Part shown: piece by piece, positions 54,973 to 64,000 of the stretch
Position numbering within the stretch: position 1 is the stretch's first letter
Layout: every line of letters begins with the position of its first letter
From: a bacterium
GTDB lineage: Bacteria > Patescibacteriota > Minisyncoccia > Minisyncoccales > RBG-13-42-11
Length of the DNA stretch: 64,000 nucleotides
Reading direction: 5' to 3'
Assembly: GCA_043817685.1 (NCBI GenBank)
Contig: JBDRGQ010000004.1
Location: forward strand, 10,842-74,841
Translations under genes and position numbers: made by a program
Notes under the pieces: model-generated
Told to the model about the DNA's origin: nothing
The model's database searches: none
Seen by the model: only the letters and a program-made list of their open reading frames with translations

Positions 54973-56939
54973 ACTCTTTTAGTTTTAATATACCATGTTT
55001 CTATGCCGGAAAACCTTTTGGAAGAATCAGTAATTATCTTGTCATTTATCCCTTTAATGTCTTTTGAAACCAGATATAAATACTGCGGGCTGTAAAGGAA
55101 TACGGCTGGGACGTCTGAAATAATAATTTCTTGGAAATCTTCCAGTTTTTCCTTTCTTTCCGTTTCGTCCATACTTTGTCGGTTTTCTTCTAATAGCTTA
55201 TCACTCTTTGTGCTTTTATATCCAGCCAAGTTCAACCCGGGATCGTTTACTTGGGAAGAATGCCAGAAAGGGAAAGGATCTGGTATGACTCCTAGCACTT
55301 CACCAAACAAGAGCATTTCATAGTTTCTTGGTTTTATCACATCTTGCTCCAGAATGGATATTTCATATGGCTTAATATTTAGTTCTACTCCTATTTCTTT
55401 CCACTGATCTCTTAGGGCTTTTGCTATTTTCAGCAAAATTTCCTGTTCAACAGTTATCAAAGAAAAAGAAAGAATTAATGTTTCTTGAGATGGAGCGGCA
55501 CATAATTCGTTCAGTTTTTTTCTTGTGCTCGTTAAGACTTTTCCGTTTCCGGATGTTAATCCGTTAGGGACCAGTATCTCTGATTTGTATTTTTCCTGGA
55601 ATTTAATTACAGCCGTTTTTGTTTTACTTCCAAAGTATCCCGATACTGTTCCGTCGGGATAGACTTCCGAATCTTTGGCCAGACATTTTTGAAGTTCCGA
55701 TACTTCATTCCCAGTAGATCCGATGATTAAATCTCTGGTGAATTGGAAAACTGGTTTTTTTTCAAACTCTTTTTCCCTAATTCCATCTTCATTCATCAGA
55801 TATCCTTGGTCTTCCAGAATTTGTTTGGCTTTTTCTACGTCGTAAGGGAAAGAAATTTCAGGTTCTTTAAGTCCGTAAATTTCTGGAAGAACAGGGGATT
55901 GGATCACGCTTCCTAGTCCCATTAAAGTTTCTTGGACCAAGGACTCTTTATTAGTTGCGTGGTTTAAAGCTTTTCTTATTTCTTTATTAGCCAAGACTTC
56001 CGAATCTTCTGCATTTAAAAATACTGTGAAATATCTTGGTAGAGAAAGGGAATATTCTGGAAAATCTTTCTTTTCTATTTTTTGGTACGTTTTAGGAGAA
56101 GAAAAAGCTAAACCGTCTATCTTGCCGTTTTTTAAAGCCTTTATAGCATCTTCTTCGTTATCAAAAAATAAGAATTTAAGCTCAGGTATATTGGGTTTCT
56201 GCCCTCCATTTCCTGCGTTAGCAACCAATTTAGCTGATTTTATATTTCCTTGATTGTCTTGAGATAATTCTTTTATCTTGTAGAGTCCTGATCCTACGGG
56301 TTTTAAGTTATATATTGAAAGAGGGAAGTTTTGATAAGATATGTCTTCCCATATGTGTTTTGGTATTATTTTCTGCACGCAGTTTTCAATAAAAGTAGCG
56401 GAAGAATTGCTTAATTCAAATCTTATTGCGTATTCTGATATTTTTTCCACCTTTACTCCAAGCCAATTAGCTCTGACAGGACTTTTAATGGAAGGATTCT
56501 GGATTGTTTTTATAGTGAACAGCACGTCTTCTGCTGTTAAGGGTTTCCCATCAGACCAGAAAAAAGTCTCTTTTAAATGGAACTCAAACAGCATTCCTCC
56601 TTCTAAAACCTCATAACTTTCAGCTAAATCCAGCACTATGTTTCCGTTTCCATCATACTTCATAAGACCGGAATAAATAAGCTCTGTTAGATCTCGGTCT
56701 ACGTCAAAAGCAGCAGCATAAACAGGATTTATGAATCTAGGAGAGCCCACTATTCCTTCTGTATAGTTTCCTCCCTGGGCAGGAGCTCTTTCAGTATGGC
56801 TTAAGTAAAAACTGCTTGAAAGAATAATAAAACTCACGGCTGCCATAAGGAAAAAGACAAAAAAAGCTTTTCTTTCCTTTTTGCTTAGGATTTTTAAAAA
56901 TTGCCTCCATTGGTTTTTGGAGGGTAGCTTGGGTGGCAT
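54963..56939 (-). CDS. Family 5 (OppA/DppA-like) substrate-binding protein with N-terminal TM and an inserted peptidoglycan-binding domain
   Basis: GGxYTEGIVG.P..INP, LAESY and WSDGKPLTAEDVLFT motifs; insert FTRDL..GS.G.EV.ELQ..L...GYFG..TK.AV..FQ. Confidence 0.85.
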   Translation of the reverse strand: MPPKLPSKNQWRQFLKILSKKERKAFFVFFLMAAVSFIILSSSFYLSHTERAPAQGGNYTEGIVGSPRFINPVYAAAFDVDRDLTELIYSGLMKYDGNGNIVLDLAESYEVLEGGMLFEFHLKETFFWSDGKPLTAEDVLFTIKTIQNPSIKSPVRANWLGVKVEKISEYAIRFELSNSSATFIENCVQKIIPKHIWEDISYQNFPLSIYNLKPVGSGLYKIKELSQDNQGNIKSAKLVANAGNGGQKPNIPELKFLFFDNEEDAIKALKNGKIDGLAFSSPKTYQKIEKKDFPEYSLSLPRYFTVFLNAEDSEVLANKEIRKALNHATNKESLVQETLMGLGSVIQSPVLPEIYGLKEPEISFPYDVEKAKQILEDQGYLMNEDGIREKEFEKKPVFQFTRDLIIGSTGNEVSELQKCLAKDSEVYPDGTVSGYFGSKTKTAVIKFQEKYKSEILVPNGLTSGNGKVLTSTRKKLNELCAAPSQETLILSFSLITVEQEILLKIAKALRDQWKEIGVELNIKPYEISILEQDVIKPRNYEMLLFGEVLGVIPDPFPFWHSSQVNDPGLNLAGYKSTKSDKLLEENRQSMDETERKEKLEDFQEIIISDVPAVFLYSPQYLYLVSKDIKGINDKIITDSSKRFSGIETWYIKTKRVWK

Positions 56940-56942
56940 AGG

Positions 56943-57158
56943 CTAAAACACGAGATTCAATATAGCTAAGGCTATAAAACAGAATCCCAAAATTATTGTA
57001 ACTACGTAAAGTTTCTGTTGAATTCCTCTCCTGGTGGAATAGAATCCTCCTTCTTGTCCGAAAGCAGATCCTAGAGCTGTTCCTCTTTGTTGAAACAAAA
57101 CCAAAAATATCAAAACGACAGATACTGCAATTTGAGCTATGGATATATAATTTTCCAT
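56943..57158 (-). CDS. secG: Preprotein translocase subunit SecG
   Basis: Two TM segments with loop LxQQRGTALGSAFG...TRRG. Confidence 0.88.
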   Translation of the reverse strand: MENYISIAQIAVSVVLIFLVLFQQRGTALGSAFGQEGGFYSTRRGIQQKLYVVTIILGFCFIALAILNLVF

Positions 57159-57162
57159 GTTT

Positions 57163-57528
57163 TTATAATTCTTTTTCTAATGCTCTTTTAGGCTTATACA
57201 ATCCTAAAAAGAAGCTAATGACGAAAGCGATTAATGTGGTCCAGAAAAGGGGAATCAGGCCATTTATTGTTAATTCTGGGAAGATTACATCTACTGTCCA
57301 GATAATGGCCATATTAATAATCCAGCTGAATATTCCCAAAGTCAGTACTCTTAAGGGAAAAGTAATTATTCTCAATAAGGGTTTTACAAAGTAATTTATC
57401 AGACCAAGTATTGCTCCAGCCACTATCAGATATTTCAATTCTCCCACGAATTCCACTCCTGGAACATACTTATCGGCAAGCCAAAAACTGGCAACGCCAG
57501 CTAATATTTGGAAGACTAGTTTCGTCAT
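57163..57528 (-). CDS. 4-TM 'phage holin family' (YvlD/DUF360-like) membrane protein
   Basis: LGLIN.FVKPLL.IITFPL..LTLG.F..IIN pattern. Confidence 0.85.
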   Translation of the reverse strand: MTKLVFQILAGVASFWLADKYVPGVEFVGELKYLIVAGAILGLINYFVKPLLRIITFPLRVLTLGIFSWIINMAIIWTVDVIFPELTINGLIPLFWTTLIAFVISFFLGLYKPKRALEKEL

Positions 57529-57551
57529 GATTTATTCATCTTATCAAAGTT

Positions 57552-58838
57552 TTAAAAACCAAGCAAGGATTTCTGCCTCAGTTTTTTATGATAAGCGATA
57601 GCGAATCTGTGGGCTTCGTCCCTCATGCTAAGTATTAAATTAAAAACATCTCTGGGCAAGATTTTGGCCAAGATAGGGTTTTTTCTTCCTTCAACATATA
57701 TTTCTTCGTTCTTTTTAGCCAGAGAAATTACTTTAGTTTTGTTCTTTATTATTTCTTTGGCAGCGTTTAATTGGGGTTTCCCTCCGTCTATTAATATTAA
57801 ATCTGCCAAGGGCCAGTCTTTGTGTTTTAGCCTTCTTTCCAAGACTTCTTTTAGCATGGCTACATCATCAGGCTTTGCTTCCCTTCTTATTTTGAATTTC
57901 CTGTAGAAGCTTTTATTTGGTTTTCCTTTTATAAAAGTGACCATAGAGCCTGTTGCTTCTTTCCCTTGGATGTTTGATATGTCGTAAGCTTCCATTCTTT
58001 CCACTTCTTTCTTTGTTTTGAATATCTTTTTAAGAGTATTTTCTAATTCCCAAATTTCTTCTTTTTCATTCTCTATTATATGTGAATGAAGTAGGACTTT
58101 TTCTAAAGCATATATTTGTTTTTTTATCCTTTCTGCTTTTTCAAACTTTTGCTGTTTGGAAAGATTTCTCATTTCTTTCTTTAGATTCGTCAATACTTGT
58201 TTCTTTTTTCCTTGGAGAACTTTTAGTAAGTTTTTTGTGTTTCTTTGGATTTCTTTTTTTATTGTTGATTTTAAGGTAGGTATCTGTTGGGCTGTTTTTG
58301 ATCTTGTTAAGCAGGGGGCAGAGCATCTGTCTAACTGATACCAAAGACAAGGTTTCTTTGGTAAGAAATTACAACTTCTAAAAGGGAATACTTTTCTCAA
58401 AGATTTTAAAGTTTCCCTTAAAGATTTCCCATCCACAAAAGGACCCGTATATTCTGATTTAGTTTTTAGAAGATTTATTTTGATTTGATGAGTTATGAAT
58501 ACTTTTGGGAATTCTTCTTTGGTAATTCCCGCATAGAAATAGTTTTTATCGTCTTTCCAAGTTATATTGTATTTTGGGTTATATTTTTTAATCAATTCAG
58601 CCTCTAATAAAAGAGCTTCTATTTCTGAAAATGTTTTTATGTATCCTATTTTGTTAACTTTATCAATAAAAAGATTGTCTCTATAAGAAGGTTGTTGAAA
58701 ATGGTCTTTTACTCTTATTTTAATATCTGTAGCTTTACCTATATATAGAAGATCTCTTTTGGCGTAAAAAATATAGACTCCAGGAGTTTTGGGGAGCTTG
58801 GATATCTGTTTTATACTTATAGTTTTTATCTTATCCAT
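57552..58838 (-). CDS. uvrC: Excinuclease ABC subunit C, short form (GIY-YIG, UVR, RNase H-like; no HhH)
   Basis: PGVYIF, LYIGKA, EAYDISN and LIDGGKPQL motifs; ends shortly after RDEAHRFAI.YH. Confidence 0.9.
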   Translation of the reverse strand: MDKIKTISIKQISKLPKTPGVYIFYAKRDLLYIGKATDIKIRVKDHFQQPSYRDNLFIDKVNKIGYIKTFSEIEALLLEAELIKKYNPKYNITWKDDKNYFYAGITKEEFPKVFITHQIKINLLKTKSEYTGPFVDGKSLRETLKSLRKVFPFRSCNFLPKKPCLWYQLDRCSAPCLTRSKTAQQIPTLKSTIKKEIQRNTKNLLKVLQGKKKQVLTNLKKEMRNLSKQQKFEKAERIKKQIYALEKVLLHSHIIENEKEEIWELENTLKKIFKTKKEVERMEAYDISNIQGKEATGSMVTFIKGKPNKSFYRKFKIRREAKPDDVAMLKEVLERRLKHKDWPLADLILIDGGKPQLNAAKEIIKNKTKVISLAKKNEEIYVEGRKNPILAKILPRDVFNLILSMRDEAHRFAIAYHKKLRQKSLLGF

Positions 58839-58877
58839 TCTGGGATTTTAGCTTAAAATTAGGTTATTTTCAATTAT

Positions 58878-58929
58878 AAAAAGAAAAGACCCTGGAAAAA
58901 TTAACACATAGTTAGCTTTCCCGGGGTTT
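58878..58929. terminator. Imperfect hairpin with minus-strand U-tract downstream of the secreted-protein gene
   Basis: GACCCTGGAAAAATTAAC...GTTAGCTTTCCCGGGGTT, with A-runs on the left. Confidence 0.5.
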
Positions 58930-58945
58930 GAGGTGTTTATGGGTT

Positions 58946-59401
58946 TTAGCCCATTCGTTCTGGTTCTTTTGTTCTATTTATCGAAGGGGAGAAGATAATC
59001 TTCTCGGTTGAGGAAGATTCTTCTCCAATCACCACGTATATGGTTATTGTTTTCGTGGTGCCAGCCGGGATTAAGATTGGATCATGGAGTTTAAGAATAT
59101 TTGATCCCAGACGTACTCCGGTTGATTCGACCCAGAAACTATTTTGGCTTGACCATCCCAGGCCAGCGATCGCCCAATAATCATTGGGAGAAACATTAGT
59201 GATGTTGAATTTCCATTCCAATGTTTCACCTGGCCATATTTTTTCAGGAATTACTGGAGTATCTGCCGCCAACGTGACGACAAACGGCTCTTTTAGCTCC
59301 ACATCAGTGGAGACTCCAAAAAGGAACGCCGCTTGGACTGGGAATGCGATAACCAATATCGCCAGAATTGCCATTGCTATCGAAACCATTTTCTTTTTCA
59401 C
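58946..59401 (-). CDS. Secreted beta-sandwich (Ig-like) protein, unknown function
   Basis: Sec signal ending VQA; PGETLEWKFNITN and IPAGTTKTITIYV strands; SD GAGGTG before the GTG start. Confidence 0.7.
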   Translation of the reverse strand: MKKKMVSIAMAILAILVIAFPVQAAFLFGVSTDVELKEPFVVTLAADTPVIPEKIWPGETLEWKFNITNVSPNDYWAIAGLGWSSQNSFWVESTGVRLGSNILKLHDPILIPAGTTKTITIYVVIGEESSSTEKIIFSPSINRTKEPERMG

Positions 59402-59429
59402 TCTACACCTCTTCGTTTTTGATATTTAT

Positions 59430-59458
59430 AATATAACATATTTATATTAATTTGTCAA
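59430..59458 (-). promoter_or_regulatory. sigma70 promoter of the secreted-protein gene
   Basis: TTGACA-17 nt-TATATT with an extended TG. Confidence 0.65.
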
Positions 59459-59522
59459 TATGTACATCATCGTTAGTTCTTTTGCTTGTTTTATCTCCTT
59501 TTTTGCATTATAATGGGGAATT

Positions 59523-62306
59523 ATGTCCGGAGACTTTATTAAAATTCGTGGCGCCAGAGTTCATAATTTAAAGAATGTAAGTCTGGATATTCCGAAGAAT
59601 AAATTAGTTGTTATCACGGGGCTGTCCGGATCTGGTAAATCTTCCTTGGCTTTTGATACTTTGTACGCCGAAGGTCAAAGAAGGTATGTAGAATCTTTAT
59701 CCGCTTATGCCAGACAATTTCTTGGCGTCATGGATAAACCAGATGCCGATTCAATAGAAGGAATTTCTCCGGCTATTTCTATCGACCAGAGAAAGTCTGT
59801 CCGCAATCCTCGCTCCACTGCAGGGACTATTACTGAGATATACGATTATCTCCGTCTTTTGTTTGCCAGAATAGGTATCCCTCATTGTTCTAAATGCGGA
59901 AAGGAAATATCCAGACAAACCATAGACCAGATAGTGAGTCAGATTGTTAAATTAAAACCCAAGACGGAAATAATAATATCGGGTCCTGTGGTTAGGGGGA
60001 AGAAAGGAGAACACGGGGGAATGTTGGAAGAAATACAAAAAGCAGGATTTGTCAGGGTTCAGATTAATGGAATTATTTACAGAATAGAAGAAGCCTTGGA
60101 AAAAGATTTAGACAAACAAAAAAAGCACAATATTGAAGTGGTAGTAGATAGATTAGTCATAGACAAAGATTTAGACAAGTTCAGATTGGTGGATTCTTTG
60201 GAAACAGGATTAAAATTAGGAAAGGGATTGGTAATGGTGAATGATATTTTATTCTCAGAGCATTTTGCTTGTGAAGCTTGCGGAATATCTCTTCCGGAAT
60301 TAGAGCCTAGGTTATTTTCTTTTAACAGTCCTTTTGGCGCTTGTTCTGCTTGTCAGGGATTAGGAGAAAAACTGGAGATGGACCCTAAACTAGTAATACC
60401 AAATTATAATTTAACTATTTCAGAAGGAGCTATTTTCCCTTGGGCCCATGCCTCCCACAAAATAGGAAGGCAGGGATATTATTATTGGAAACTTTCTGAT
60501 CTGGCGGAAAAATATAAATTCTCTCTGGACGAACCAATTAAAGATTTATCAAAGAAAGTCATTAACATGATCCTTTATGGAGAAGACGGGTTTGAAGGGG
60601 TAATCCCCAATCTGGAAAGAAGATACCATGAAACAGATTCTGATTTTGCCCGTCAGGAAATAGAACAATATATGATAGAAAAAGATTGTGAAGTTTGTAA
60701 AGGCAAGAAATTGAAAGAAGAAGTCTTGGCCGTAACCGTTGGAGGGAAGTCCATATATGAAGTGACTAGCCTTTCAATAATTAAAACCAAAGATTTTTTT
60801 AACTCTTTGAAATTAAAAAATAATGAATTAAAAATTTCCCAGCCAATAGTGAAAGAAATATTAAACCGTTTGCAGTTTTTAATAGACGTAGGATTGGATT
60901 ACTTAACCTTGGGAAGAAGAGCAGACACATTATCCGGTGGAGAAGAGCAAAGAATAAGATTGGCTACCCAGATAGGATCAAAGCTTACTGGCGTACTATA
61001 TATATTGGACGAACCTTCGGTCGGCTTGCATGCCAGAGACCAGGGCAGGCTGATAGAAACATTAAAGAAGTTAAGGGATTTAGGAAACAGTGTAATTGTC
61101 GTAGAACATGATTCCCAGACGATATTGAGTTCAGACTGGGTTATTGATGTTGGACCAAAAGCAGGAAAGCATGGAGGTAAAATAGTTTTCCAAGGAACGC
61201 CTAAATCATTACTGAAATCCCATACTCTTACTGGTGATTATTTGTCGGGCAGGAAAAAAGTAGATTTTACTGAATTGAGTCTAACAAAAACTAAACTCGG
61301 TTTAGCAAAGCAGAATTATCTGATTATAAAAGGAGCCAAAGAGCATAATTTAAAAAATATTACAGTTAAGCTTCCTTTGGGCAAATTAGTTTGTATTACC
61401 GGAGTTTCAGGTTCGGGGAAAAGCTCTCTCATGAACGATATATTAGCTAAGGCTTTATTAAAGAAGTTTTATCATGCCAAAGAAATGCCGGGAGAGCACA
61501 AAGAAATAGTTGGGATGAATTATTTGAACAAAGTTGTTTTAGTAGACCAATCTCCCATAGGAAGGACTCCGAGGTCTAATCCTTCTACCTATACTGGAGC
61601 TTTTGCTTTTGTCAGGGATTTATTTACGAAGACAAAGGAGGCTAGGATGAGAGGATACCAGCCAGGAAGATTCTCTTTCAATGTTAAAGGTGGAAGGTGC
61701 GAAGCTTGCGAAGGCCAGGGAGTTAAGAAAATAGAAATGTATTTTTTGCCAGATATATATGTTCAGTGTTCTGAATGTAAAGGACAGAGATTTAATAAAG
61801 AAACACTTTCTATAGAATACAAAGGGAAAAACATCGCTCAGACTTTGGAAATGACGGCAGAGGAAGCCATGGAGTTTTTCAAAGCAATTCCTGGTTTATT
61901 TGACAAAATGAAAACCTTGAACGAAGTTGGCTTAAGCTATATTCATTTAGGACAGCCCGCTCCTTCTTTATCTGGCGGAGAAGCTCAGAGGATTAAACTG
62001 GCTACTGAACTTTCCAAGAAAGCTACCGGTAAGACGTTATACATTTTGGATGAACCGACAACCGGTTTGCATTTTGAAGATATAAAGAAGCTGATTCAGG
62101 TCTTAAGGGGATTGGTTGAAAAAGGCAACAGTGTTTTAGTTATAGAACATAATATGGATGTAATAAAAAATTCTGATTGGATTTTAGATTTAGGTCTGGA
62201 AGGAGGAGACTCAGGAGGAAACATAGTGGTAGAGGGAACTCCAAAAGTGATAGCTAAGAACAAAAAGAGCTACACAGGTAAATTCATGAGAAAGTTTAAC
62301 CATTGA
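59523..62306 (+). CDS. uvrA: Excinuclease ABC subunit A
   Basis: Two ABC domains (TGLSGSGKSS, TGVSGSGKSS, LSGGE) and zinc fingers. Confidence 0.98.
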   Translation: MSGDFIKIRGARVHNLKNVSLDIPKNKLVVITGLSGSGKSSLAFDTLYAEGQRRYVESLSAYARQFLGVMDKPDADSIEGISPAISIDQRKSVRNPRSTAGTITEIYDYLRLLFARIGIPHCSKCGKEISRQTIDQIVSQIVKLKPKTEIIISGPVVRGKKGEHGGMLEEIQKAGFVRVQINGIIYRIEEALEKDLDKQKKHNIEVVVDRLVIDKDLDKFRLVDSLETGLKLGKGLVMVNDILFSEHFACEACGISLPELEPRLFSFNSPFGACSACQGLGEKLEMDPKLVIPNYNLTISEGAIFPWAHASHKIGRQGYYYWKLSDLAEKYKFSLDEPIKDLSKKVINMILYGEDGFEGVIPNLERRYHETDSDFARQEIEQYMIEKDCEVCKGKKLKEEVLAVTVGGKSIYEVTSLSIIKTKDFFNSLKLKNNELKISQPIVKEILNRLQFLIDVGLDYLTLGRRADTLSGGEEQRIRLATQIGSKLTGVLYILDEPSVGLHARDQGRLIETLKKLRDLGNSVIVVEHDSQTILSSDWVIDVGPKAGKHGGKIVFQGTPKSLLKSHTLTGDYLSGRKKVDFTELSLTKTKLGLAKQNYLIIKGAKEHNLKNITVKLPLGKLVCITGVSGSGKSSLMNDILAKALLKKFYHAKEMPGEHKEIVGMNYLNKVVLVDQSPIGRTPRSNPSTYTGAFAFVRDLFTKTKEARMRGYQPGRFSFNVKGGRCEACEGQGVKKIEMYFLPDIYVQCSECKGQRFNKETLSIEYKGKNIAQTLEMTAEEAMEFFKAIPGLFDKMKTLNEVGLSYIHLGQPAPSLSGGEAQRIKLATELSKKATGKTLYILDEPTTGLHFEDIKKLIQVLRGLVEKGNSVLVIEHNMDVIKNSDWILDLGLEGGDSGGNIVVEGTPKVIAKNKKSYTGKFMRKFNH

Positions 62307-62337
62307 CAGAAACCTTATATTTTTATAATTTAAAACA

Positions 62338-62364
62338 TTAGCAGTCGATATTTATAAGTGCTAA
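62338..62364 (+). promoter_or_regulatory. CIRCE element (HrcA operator) upstream of groES
   Basis: TTAGCAGTC-N9-AAGTGCTAA versus consensus TTAGCACTC-N9-GAGTGCTAA (2 mismatches), downstream of TTGACA (62303) and TATAAT (62324). Confidence 0.8.
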
Positions 62365-62377
62365 TTAATTACCTATT

Positions 62378-64000
<1,623 letters not shown>

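Noticed and set aside
57163-57528. Prophage suggested by a 'phage holin family' gene and the excisionase-like HTH at 33448
   Set aside because: This 4-TM family is a common chromosomal gene, and there are no integrase, capsid, terminase or lysin genes in the window.

Overview
AT-rich, gene-dense 64 kb chromosomal segment, standard genetic code (TGA is used as stop). Gene content and order point to a Patescibacteria/CPR bacterium of the Parcubacteria (Paceibacteria, Nealsonbacteria-like) type; this is an inference, not a database result. Supporting features are rpoBC-ftsK-recA, an O-antigen-ligase/TPR gene before rpoB, a minor pilin cluster, ComEC without an MBL domain, and short Mfd, UvrC and FtsZ. 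Most of the window is housekeeping: murA, yvcK, glmU-like, tsaC/tsaD, topA, mfd, pth, lepB, hisS, rpsU, ybeY, ftsA/ftsZ, comEC, htrA, clpB, pilD plus pilins, ligA, rodA, comF, rpoBC, ftsK, recA, rpsF-ssb-rpsR, trpS, rnj, galU, pgi/pmi, secG, uvrC, uvrA, groES/groEL and two tRNA-Leu. I saw no CRISPR array, transposase, integrase or prophage. The most interesting signals are: (1) at least 14 core transcription units have a sigma70 -10 box only 6-9 nt before the ATG and no Shine-Dalgarno (SD), i.e. they look leaderless, while three small self-contained cassettes have SD-like sites and their own promoter and 3' hairpin; (2) one cassette is a stand-alone GGDEF gene behind a ~140-nt three-way-junction RNA with a 28-bp closing stem, whose loop mimics the 16S anti-SD tail and is complementary to the SD region of a second, orphan structured transcript at 2.6-2.8 kb; (3) FtsZ lacks its C-terminal tail although it sits next to an intact FtsA; (4) Mfd lacks its TRCF domain and has a DDEQ Walker B; (5) a GT-B/EamA/GH/GT2 operon; and (6) a membrane-anchored HTH protein with 22-residue helical repeats before comF. 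All RNA structures and promoters were derived by eye.
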